Below are positions 13,158-25,100 of a stretch of 64,000 nt of DNA, one piece after another. Position 1 is the stretch's first letter. Each line of letters starts with the position of its first letter. A model generated the notes under the pieces. That model searched no databases. It had not been told where the DNA came from and saw nothing but the letters and a program-made list of their open reading frames with translations. The position numbers and the translations under genes are program-made. The stretch spans positions 2,454,282 to 2,518,281 of the forward strand of contig MU054400.1 of the NCBI GenBank assembly GCA_013239625.1, given 5' to 3'. This stretch comes from Lama guanicoe. Lineage: Eukaryota.

Positions 13158-16100
13158 CTGGTGAAACGTAGAATGAAACAGTTAGTTGAGCCGCAGAAGA
13201 CAGAAACAGTAGATGAGCAGAAGATGACACGTTAGAAATAGCACCGGGCAGGAAGCTGGTTTCCTCCCTCACTTTTCAGTTAGGGTGGGTTACGGACAGA
13301 GGCACCAGAGAAATAGTTTTGACTCTTAAATCCTCTTTGGACTGAAGGACCCTCCTTATATTTCCTCTAGGGTAAACAAATAAAAGATAGAACCAATCTT
13401 TATAAAACACCTGCACATTAAGAAAGGCAGATGGAGTGGTGATACTGATTTTGAAAACAGGGTGGAGGTGGCCGGCGTGAGTCACTGATGGCCCCTCATC
13501 CACTGTAGCTCATCACCATCACCATGTTGTCAGGACAGCCTGCATCGCTGGATACCCTTGAAGGGGGGGGCAGTACCTAGTACCTAGTACCTAGTACCTA
13601 GTACCAGAGTGCTAGTTAAGGGCATGGGCTCTGTGGGCAGAAAGACTAAAATTTTCTTGGGTCTTCCTATATTGATTGTGCTTGCACTCATTTTGCTTGG
13701 GTAAGTGACATGGCCTCCCTACGCCTTGATTTTATCCAATGTTTAAAAAAGCAATAGTGCCTAATTTATGCAGTGGTTGCGCGGTTGAGATGAGTTAATT
13801 CCTACAAAGTGCCTAATACGTAGTTGGGGAGCATACTAAAATGTTTCAGTAGCACTAGTTAGTGCTGTGGTTTTAGTCTTTTTAAAGATTTCAATTCATT
13901 ATTGGAAAAAATGGACAGAAATTTAGATGAAGCTAGAAGTAGATAACATTTAATGAGAGCTTATTATATTCCAATGCTCTTCTACAAATGTTACATGAAG
14001 TATCAATTTCAATCTTGAATGATACAGTTATTAGCCTCATTTCACCTATGAAGAGACTCAGGCAGGCTCAGAGATGTTAAGTACCTTGCTCAAGGACACA
14101 CAGATGTGTAAATTGAAGAGCTAGTGTATGAATACAATCATTGTAGTATGGTTCTAGCCTTCGTTTAGGAAAGTCAAGATGAAAGGCAGTTAGAAATGCC
14201 ACACAAGTTCTTAAATTGGGTTATGAGGTTATAAAAATAAGTGGGTGGGGTCTTAGGTCTATTTTTTACGATTACTAATAGATAGAAAGAAGTTATCATT
14301 GGGCTAATAGCTCAGGGGTAGAGCACATGCTTGGCATGCACAAGGTTCTAGGTTCAATCCCCAGTATCTCCATTAAAAAAAAGTTATCACCAAGAATACA
14401 ATACCTGCTCAGGAGGCTCTGGCAACAAGATACTACATTGGTCGTGTCTCCAGCTAAGCTGGAGTTGAAGGCATATTCCAAAATGTGATGGCAGCCACTG
14501 TCTACAGGACTGTTGGTGAGCATGCCTGGAAGTGGGGCAGAATGTCATTTATTTAATTAATGAAGTCACCGAACTCTCCTATTCCTAGCTTCCCAACCAT
14601 GCTCCATGCATTTCACTTCACAATATGCTTAACAGCAGCTCTGCCTATCAGCTTTCTGCAGCAGCATATGCTGCATATGCAGGCTGAAGGCACCAGCCCC
14701 TGAAAACTGCCATCCTGTGGGCACAGGGAGACAGGACACGAAGTAGAGGAGGCAGTACCTGCGATGCAGGCTGTCATGAAGCAGGCGATGGTCCCCGCAA
14801 TCAGAGCTCTCACTGCCCCAGAGGCGATGTCACGCTTTCTGGAAGGAGTTATGGATGCTGGGAAACACGGAAGCAGGTAGGAGAGATTAATGTTGAGGCT
14901 ATTGACTAGAATTCCAAATTCCCAGCTTCTGAGAATTGTTCTGGGGCTGGAGTCTCAGGTCAGCTGACTTTTCTTTTCTCCTTTTTTAACTGAGCTGGAA
15001 AATTGAAGATTTCAAAAGCTTCGTGACGAGGTCCACATGCAGAGAAGTTCCTCTGGTGTGGGAGAACTCACGGTATGCTGACGGCATTGCAAGGCAAGTG
15101 GGTCACAAGGAAGGATCCCAAATATCTGCAAGGCATCTGTCACCATCTCCTTCCACACCCACAGTGGCACAGAATTAATTAATCAATCATAGCATTTTCC
15201 CATTGAACTCCCACTGGCCCTCCAAATCCTTCTCCAGGTGGTCATTGCAAATCCGCTGGAACTGGTATACAAAGTGAAACCTATCTGTCCTCTTTGAGTG
15301 GAGTAACATGTGTGCCTTTGAGCAAATTCTTCCCGATGCTAGCTTGGTATACAGAGGAAAACTGCACTGCAGAATTAAAATTAGACCTCAAAGGACTTAC
15401 TGCAGTGCTGGAGCTTTTTTTTTTTTTTCTGACACAAATAATGCTACAGAGCAACGTGGAGATCTGAAACATGTTTACATCATATCTGTTGTTGAAGAAC
15501 ATTCTTTTCACTTACTGAGTCCGCCGATCACTATTCCCAGGGAACCGATATTGGCAAAACCACAGAGAGCGTAAGTGGCAACTGTCTCAGAACGTATCTG
15601 GAAATAAGCATAAACACAGAGATGTGCACATGGTGTGAGCCAGCTTAGCACATCTGACATCCTAACTGGGCTTCCTAGTCTGACCATGGAATCAATATCG
15701 ACAAATAAGCGTTCAGTGCATGATGTCAAACACCCGTTGCTTCCCAGTGGGACACCTGTTTTTTCCATCTCCCCTTGAATTCTGAGGGAGGGGTAGGGGC
15801 TGTGCGGATTCAGAGACTCTCCATGAAGTTCTTGGAATTGGTAGTCTTGGCCTCTACAAATGCTGTTTTCTGCTGAATGATAACTTTTAATATCAGTATG
15901 ACCCGGCCACCTGCTATATAGTGTGTCAGGCAGAGTACTAGCTGCGGAAGATACAAAGTTCATCCCAGAAAATACTTGCATTACATTTATTTGACAAGGG
16001 ACTTATTCAGAATGTACAAAGAACTGTTATAACTTGTTAAGAAGACAAGCACTCAATAAAAAAGGAGATTTCACGAAAGACACGCAAATGGCCAAGATAA

Positions 16101-19100
16101 GCACATGAGAAGATGTTTGGCATCATTCGCCACCAGGAAAATGCAAATTAAATTAAAACAATACGCTACAAACACATCCCCTGAAACGGCTAAAGAAGAT
16201 GGACAACACCACATGCTGGCAAGGATGTGGAGCAGTTAGAACTCGTGTACATTGTTGGTGGGAATGTAAACTAGCACAGCCTGTTTGTAAAATACAAACA
16301 TACTTGATGGTTTCTTATCAAATTAACATACACAGCCTGTACGACCCAGTAATCCCTCTCCTAGGCATGTTCCCAGGAGGAATGAAAACATACGTGCCCG
16401 AGAAGATTGTACGTGAATATTTATAGCAGCTTCATTCATTAATAGCCCCAAGCTGGAAACAACTCAAATGTCCAACAGGCCAATGGGGAAACAAAGTGTG
16501 GATTTCCATAAAATAGAAAACTACCCTGGAATAGAAAAGAAAAAACTAACACATGGCACCAACATGAATGTTGAGTCCATTTATATGAAATTCTAGAGCA
16601 AGCAGAAGTGATCTACAGTGAGAGGAAGATCCGTGGCTTCTTAGGACTGGGTGGGGGTGGGGTGGGGGTGGGGCTGACCTCGCTGGCCAGGAGGGACGCT
16701 TTCTAGGTGTGATGGAGATGTTCCGTATCTTGATTGTGGTCGTGGTTACGCAGGTGACACATTTTTCAAAACTCATGTGTACACCACAGTAGACCTTTTT
16801 TGTATGTGAATGACACTTCAGCGAAAAGGAATTATGCTAGTAAAAAGAAAGCTCACGCATATCAGACATCAGAGGGGCTCCTTTCGGTTGGCTGTGGTGT
16901 GTGCCGGCTTTTCTCTGTTGCTCAGCTCTGACCAGACCGGGGGGATATTAGGAGCACGTGTGGAAGTGGGAGAGTGGTCCTCTCACAGGGCGGTGAGAAG
17001 AGGGAAGGTGACTCCTTGGAAGTGTGAGCATGACCCTCCTTCTCTATTCTGACCGTCGAGAGGTGCTGCTCAGGCCAGATAATTCTTCCTCAGGCTGAGG
17101 GACTGGCGATAGGAGGCTTGGAAGATTCAGTGGGCTTGGCACAGAAATCTGGCAAAGGCACCCACACAATTGAGGTAGCAATTTTCTTTTCCAAACTCTT
17201 GAATAATCTATGATTTGGTTCAAAGAACAAGCCAGGCCAACGTTACATTCAAAAGTAGTGGTGCCTTTTTTTTTTTCCTCTTCCACTAACTGGATTTTTA
17301 AAGCTCACAGTCAAGACCCAAGGGGTCATGGTAAGTTTTTTTGTTGATTATAAGGCTCCTCTTCTCTTTTTATAATTTCTAAGAACTCCTTTGTTGATAT
17401 TCTCAATGAGCGTGCATAGAGTGGGTAGAAAAAAAATATTTCAAGTATTTGAGCAGTCCAGTTTTTGGAAAAGCTCATCCTTGTCCCCCACTCTGTTGAG
17501 TGCTTTCCATTTAGTTCAATTGGCTTCAAAAATAGGAAAGCTGATTAAGAGACCACGGGGAGGAAGACAACATAAAGTGCTTGAGATTCCTCTTTCCTTT
17601 TTCTGGGGATCTGCGGGAAGGGGATACACAGATGTGGCCATGTAGGTTTTATAATAAGAGGAAAAAGAGGCTAAGATGATTCCACTTTGCCTTTGCCCAT
17701 AAATGCACAAGATTATGTGATGGAGAGAGCTGTACTGACTGCACTGGGAAATTAACAATCCATTTTACTGTTCTCCTTGTGTAGGAGCAGAGATGCCCCG
17801 TGTACAAGGACAGTCCCTGTAGCACTATTTCTAATTGGTAACAATCTTCATCAGCAAGGGGCTGGTTAAAATAAATTGTGATGTGCTCATACTGTGTCAC
17901 AGGCGTGGGTATGGAGAGGCATCCGAGATATGTTATCAAATACAAAGAGCAATGCTAAGAACAGTGAGCAAAATATGGAACAGAGAGAGGAGCTGAATGG
18001 CAGGGAAATGGGGAGGATGACTTACCTTTCCCTTTACACCTTTTTGTAACTTTTAAATTCTGTACTGTGGTATGTTTTATGTGTAAACAAAGAAAGAAAC
18101 ATGTAAAGTATTATCTTTAAGAAAGAGAAATGATGGAGTGATAAAGAGCTCATTCTAGGGACAATGTGCTACATACACATTCTGACCTCTTGGATGGAGG
18201 TCCCCGGTGGGCATAATTCAATGGATAAGGCTGGGGTTTTGCCTCAGGGACCCAGATCTTATGCTTCAGTCACGTGGTACCTTTTCCAGGAGATGTTGGG
18301 ACACCACCACCACTCCTTAGTTGGTAAACAGAAATTGTAGGAACTCATCCCCATTTGGTTGATTGGAAATAGGAAATTGGGAGAAACAAAATGTTTTCCC
18401 CTTTGTGACTCAACAGTAGCAGAAGCCGTTGAGCTCATACCTCCGAATATCCTCTGTGGTTCTGCCGCTGGCTGGGCTCACTCCCAACCCAAATCAGCTC
18501 CACTGTTCTGTTTCTATCCTCTTGATAACCTGTTCACAAACCTGCTTAGCACAGCCAGAACCGAGCGCTTGCTTTGCTTATTAACAAAACTGCTTTCTCC
18601 TGGCAACTGGCAGTTAGGGGTGGAAAACATTTCACTTAATTTAGCCTATTCTTTGCTGTTGGCAGAGAAGCAAGCTGGTTTGTGGTGGCATCCAAACAAT
18701 GAGGACATTTGGCCAAGCTCCACTGCGTGGTCAGTGGAAGAATGAACATTTGAGAAAGAGGAGACCTGCAGAGCTGCTGTTCATATCAAATGTGTGGGTT
18801 GAAATGCCCCTGACCATAAAATTCAAGTCAGTACTCCCCTGGAGTAAGCTGTTATATTTGTGTAATATGTGGGAGTAAATTTGCGTTGTTTGGTGTTGGG
18901 GAGGCTGGGAGAGATGGTGGTGTTCAGACGTGAGCAGTCTGTTAGAACCTTGGACAGCATGCTTTTCCTCGCCTTTACTTTTAAAGCCGAATATGTGCAT
19001 AGGACATTAATTCCAAATGGATTGTTTCAGTGAGTAATAGTGGTCATTGAAAATGTCCACCATTTCGCTAAAAGTTACCATGTGTGACAATTGTGTTCTT

Positions 19101-22100
19101 CAGGAAGGTGAAAGTTGGAGACTCAGCTGTAATTATGGCCTAAATAATGGCCTCACCTGAATTCCCTCCTCCCATCCAAGGCCAAGCAGACATGAGCATC
19201 TCCTTGCAGGCTATTGACCTGAAACCCTGATGTTTTAATTACAGGGTGTTTGTCTAAAAGGCCCAGAGGTTGTCTTCCTCCCTCATTCACTTGGAGAGTA
19301 GCCATTGTGTCTCACTGTTTCTTTAGGGTGTTGGGGCACTATGTGGCACTTAGGCATTCTCTCAGAGTTCAGAGAATTCCTCCAATAGGAAGGAAGAGTC
19401 CTCCATGACGAGGCCTCATCCCTTATCCAACACTGTGGCCTCAGGACATAGCACAGTGCTCCCAGAAGACATTTTGTAAATACCTGTTGACTGATTGGTT
19501 CCAATCCCAGCTCATATGACTCTGGGTTTGTATCCACAGTGCTCAAAAATAAATAATCACAGTGGTAAGGATTAGCTGTCTTTCTCTACACACACACACA
19601 CACGATTAACTCAACATAACCGAAAGTTACAGGGCACTATGTACATTATGAGCTCCATGAGACCAGGGACTTGGGGTCTGTTTTCTTCCCTGATGTACCC
19701 CCAAGTGCCTGGCATGGTCCTGGCACACAGAGGCTATTGATAGGATGTATGTATGTGATGCAGAATTGTATTGGGAAAAAAATGTACTCACCGACATATA
19801 TTGCTGCACGCCATTCACAAATTTGGGTCCAGCCTCTTGCCTTAAATGGATCAATTTTGAGAGGTGCTGATAAGCCACAAATTCATTGAAGAATGTCTTA
19901 TATCCTATGAGTTTGGCAACCATAAAGCTGTCTTGCCAGTCTACTCCCATCATGAAGGAAAAGGGCATGAAGATGTAGGAGCATATTATCTACAAAAACC
20001 CAAAATGGATACTTTATTAAAGTAGTGCTTTGCTCCCGGTTTTCAGCCTCATGCTCACGACCAGGTTGTTCCCACCCGCTCTATGCCTCCTGTAGGCACA
20101 GAAATCCCTTCACAGTCTCTGGCTTGTCCATTAGGAGTCAAGGTTGAAACCGAGTCATTTGAAGTAACCTGAATTTTGGGGGTCAGGAGAGGATGACTCT
20201 GCATTGGGGGAAGGAAGGATGATAGGTCACAACAAAAGGTGGGTGGGAACATGAGGGTCTCGTGGTCAGTTTGTACATTGTTGAGGGGTGCATTATAGGA
20301 AAGATTTGCTATTCACAAATCTATTTTCTTTTTAATCAAAGATTGGCAGGAACAAAGTGGAGGAGAAACATGATAGAATTATACCTCAAAACTCAGTTGT
20401 GGGTAGTCAAACATGTTTCCAAACCAGGACAGGGCTGAATTCACAAAGGACAGCAGGGCCAGGAAGGCAATCAGGTTCACAGCGATGTTCGCCACCAGGG
20501 CAATGGATGAGGATGCTCCCTGCGTTGCAGCTTCTAGGAGATTCCTTGAATCACTTTATCAACAAATAGCAGTTCCGGAATTACCACGGGGTTGTCGGCG
20601 GATGAACATCACAGGTGTGGAAATGGCACAATCTGAGCTCAGTCGAATGGAGAGACCCACGCCCTGGCCGAGATACCCGAATTCCATGGACTCATGAAGG
20701 GGGATTTATTCTTCTTAAGTGTAGGTGATGAGCATGCGAGTGTCTAAATGTTATACTACTCTTTTAATTTGGGGGCGTTTATAGTAAAAAAAAATGGGAA
20801 AGGATAAAAATATTACAGGTTTTAACAGTTATATTTCATTGAAAGTAGCTTCCAGAGAATATTTGTAAAATATTCACTGTATAAGAACAATTCAAGCAAA
20901 GCCTGTGTATCCATCACCTCATTTAGGAAATGGAATATCACCTCAACACTGAGCACCCCCTCCTTGACCTCACCTTCTGTCAAGTCTCAGAGGTACTTGG
21001 CCCACTAGAATTTGCTTTATGATTCCCTTTTCAATTTTTTTCTCCCTAAATAATATATTGTGTAGGTTTACACATTTGCTAACTTTGTAAGTGAAATCCA
21101 CATATTTCATAAATATCCTTTGGCAACTTGCTTTTTTAACTCATGGTTATGACTCTCTCAGCGTACAAACAAGGGATGAATATCAGAAACATGTTGTTTG
21201 ATGAATTCTGTTATTTAATGACATACTTTTGAATATCCTAAATCCTTTAGTATTTTTTTTTACACCCTCCCATTTTTTTTCTTTCTTTTGAATGGGGCAA
21301 AAGGTAAATGAACCTAAGAGGAGTTAGAAATACCTACATCACATCTTATCTTCCCTATTAAATAAGAAACTTCCCGAGATGGTGATCCTGTGGCTTTCTA
21401 ACAGCCTAAAATCTAGCTCAATGAACCCTGTGCTATATTTAAGATTAAATGTCTATGAGACTGAAAATAACATAATATTGCAATCCAACTATACTTCAAT
21501 CTAAAAATAATTAATTAAATGAAATATCTACACTGAACAGTCAAGGCAATGTATTGACACTCAGGTATTGGTGTTTAGAAAGGTTTTTCTTGAGTTTTGA
21601 AACAAGATATTGAGGGGCTAAATAGTTACGGGAAATTAAATTCCCTTTAATTCACCATGTTCTCTGATTATCAAATTTTTGCTGCAGTTTGAATTTGGAC
21701 TGGAGCAACCCCCCACCCGCCAACCTTCTGCTCCTGTAGTCATTAACTATTAACTGGGTGAGTGTGTCCCACTTACCCACTTTCCATTTTCATGGCATTC
21801 TTGAGGGTTATTTTAGGTGTTTCTGTCTCGGGCCAAAAAAGTTTAGAAATAGCCAACGCCGCAGGTGCTGACATGACGGATGCAGTTAACAAGTGAGAGG
21901 ATGAAACCTGTGATTTCAGGACAAAGAAGGCCAGCTTAGGGTTAGATTTCTCTTGTGTTCAGAATGAATGGCCCAAATGCCTTACAAGGGAGACGATGGG
22001 TAGGCACCGATTCTGTGCCAGAAATCAATGTTTATTTGGAGGCTTGGAAGAGTTCAGTGAACCAAGAGTCAGGCATCACTTTGAGAGAAGGGAGGCATTT

Positions 22101-25100
22101 GTGTGAATTGATCACATCCTTGGAGAAGCACAAAACCCGAATCTGACCATTTCAGAGGGGAATCAATCCTGTATTGTGGTAACTTACAAAGACGTTTCCT
22201 CAACCTTTCTGTTGTCCTTTCAAATATTCAAATAGTCCCCAAAGCTCATGTTTCATTACATCATCAATTTAGATAGTGGATTTCTGGGGGCGCAGGCTGG
22301 GTATACCCCTTTCCATTTTCCTTTTGCTCTCCTGAAGTCCTCTGTGCCTTTATGTGACTAATACTCGTTTATCCAGAGTCCCTTTAATCTGTTTAAGCTG
22401 TTTCTGTTTTCCTCATTGCAGGTCTACTTAAACTCGTTCCCCTTCCCTCCTCACATCCTTATTTTGTTTCTGGATTCTCTTCCCTACATTTTCAGAATTC
22501 TAGAATCCACGTCTTCCTCCCCATTCCCATTGCACCCAGGACATTTTTGCAGGCGGCGTTCCTACAGTGGGCAGCGTGGCTCGTCTGGGGAGACAGCCAA
22601 GCTGCTGTTCCTGAAGGCTCCTTCCTCCTTTCCCTCTTCCCTCTTCCTGCTCATCGGCTCTTTGAGGTTCGGGTGAAGTCCTGGAATGAAACTGGCCTAT
22701 CTTGTAAGAACTCCTAGTCACCTGGACCACACAGCTGCTGAGCTACTCTGTTTCTCCACTGGGGGTTACCTCTACGTGTGCTTGGGGCACACGCACCAGT
22801 TATCATAACGTTCTTCAGCCCCATTCCTTAGACCACCCGCTCTCAAACTGGGCTGTACGTTGGAATCTGAGGACTAAAAAAAAAACTTAGTAATGCCTGG
22901 TCTCATTCCAAGAGATTCTGTTTGAATTACTCTGGGGTACGAGCCTGGGCATCAGGGCTTCTAAAAGCTCCCAGGTGATTCGAATGTGTGGGAAGGTTTG
23001 AGAAGCACTGCTGCAAGCCAGAAGTCAGAAAACATTTTCTGTAAAGGGCCAGAGAGGACATATTTTTGACTTTTTGGGGGCACAACTACCTCAACTGTGT
23101 CATGAAAGCTGCTATAGGGAAATTAATAGGAATACCTAGTTTCCAATAAAACTGTAGTTACCTTCTAGATGTGGCCCGCAGGCCACAGTTTGCTGACCCC
23201 CAGCCTAGACTCTCTTTACTAGTGTTAGTAATAGTTATTTTATTATTTTTCTTTTTGAATATTTACATTTTCAGCCAAGGTAACCTCATAATATGATTTC
23301 ATTCTGCTGTGGTTGGATACAGTTCACATTTAGGTGGCAGGGATATGACAGTGAAGCATCGTAGCTCCTTGGGGTCACTCCATGCAAATGTCGCAGGAAC
23401 TGTGACCAACTATATAGCAAAAAGGACACTCTTTTGGCCTCCTTATCTGGCAGCAATGGTAAAGGGAAAACAGAAGTAACGATAGCAAAGAAAGAAGAGG
23501 TTGGACTTTCCCATAAATTCATCTGCAACGTTCTTACCCCAAAAGAGATGTATGCACCCAGGACGCTCCCAGCAATGGTAGAGAACCCAGCGGTCATGAT
23601 CGCATGAAGTTCGGACTTGGTGACGTGTGGTAAATACGGTCGGACCAGCAGTGGAGACTCTGTCTGGAAGCAATGACCAGATTAAATGCTTCCTTAGGAA
23701 GTGATGCCAGTCTGCTCAAAATTCCACTCTCTACAGCAGTACTTCTAAGAGTGGACCTCAGACCAGCTCCATCAGCATGACTGGGGACTTTCAGTCAGAC
23801 ACGCAAATTCTCAGATTTACTGAGTCAGAAACTCTGGGGATGGGTCCAGCAGTGGTGTTCTCATAAGCCCTCTGGTGGTGCTGATGTGTGCTCATGTTTG
23901 AGAACCCACACCCCCAACGTCTGGGTCATTTGGACTTTAGGTCAGTGTGCATACAGAATCGTGTGTGAAGTTTGCAAGGCTGATTCACATAAGGCCCCCG
24001 CCTAGCCTAGGACTGGACTGTGATGGCTTGATACTCTTTTCAAAGGTTGGAATGCCATTGGCCAAGTTACTCTGTCCAGTGGCCTGGCCTTGGGGGCTGT
24101 GGTTCCCCAGCCTCTGTGGCTTCCCATCTCCCAGCTTCATCTCAACAGACCCTAAGTTTCTTTGCTGACACCATAGGGAAACAGAGACACAGGTGTGAAA
24201 AAAGACCAGCAACAACAAGGACAGGTGCCCACAGGCCGTTTCCTAACTGAGAATCAGAGCCCCCTCTCCTCCCCTTGTGGGGAAAGGAAAAGGTTGGAGC
24301 GTGGTTGTAAAGGCTTGAGTCCCATTAAGGAGGGCAGGCAGCCTGCAGCATGGGGCTCTCCATAAATAGTAGCTGTACTTTTAGCATATTAAGTATCAAA
24401 TTGAGCACCACAGAAGCATGTGTGCAATTTTACAATTTTCTCCTCATTATTTCTAATTGTTTTATAAGATTGCCTGTGTTGAGCTTCAATTTATGGACTA
24501 AATAGAAACTCAGTACATGAGCCCTCTTACCCTGCAGGTAGGAGTAATCAACTCAAGACGGTGCCCTAATTAGTCCTGAGAGATTTTATGACTATAATTA
24601 TAACAATTTCAACTCCTAAGGAAAGAAGTAGGGGCCTCCCTCTAAAGACTCTGCTCCAGGCTAGAAGGCTGGGTTTAGCAATAAGAAGGCTCAGCCTGCC
24701 TGGAGCAGTTGTAAGCCTAGGATAGGGGGCCACATGTTTTTCCAGGCGACTTGAGTTTTGCTTCAAATTCAATTTTCCTTGAGCAGCCATGCTAGCAAGT
24801 ATTCATGCTCGGTTCCCTTGGTGTGTGATTCTGTGCTGCCTGAAGCTGTACATCCTGAGTGATGAGGATGTCAGGAATGCTGCCATTCTGAGGGACACCC
24901 CTTGGCAACTTATTTCTTCGCTTAAATGGGCTTCAGGCAAAAGAGCATTTATTCCTGCCATGGGTGAGGAAGGTGAAAATGCTTTTGCTCATCAACATTT
25001 TTCTTCAGGCTCAGCAGAGATTTTGGCCAGTTCAGATAAGTTGAGAATGAGCTTAAGTATTTACGCGGCTGCTTGGTTGTTGGTGGAAAGCCTTTCTTGG

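Noticed and set aside
14301..14372. tRNA-Ala-like sequence (also near 38410-38484, 51910-51986 and 60164-60238)
   Set aside because: Broken stems, A-rich tails and TSDs identify these as tRNA-derived SINEs, not tRNA genes.
15508..15981. 157-aa ORF (likewise 40132..40599, 36908..37210, 23286..23597, 30535..30978, 58759..59088)
   Set aside because: These are SLC28A3 exons extended into intron sequence, or alternative frames over exons, not separate genes.
10400..21000. Orthologue of the human antisense lncRNA overlapping the 3' part of SLC28A3
   Set aside because: Known to me only from recall of human annotation; no plus-strand exon structure can be supported from sequence alone.
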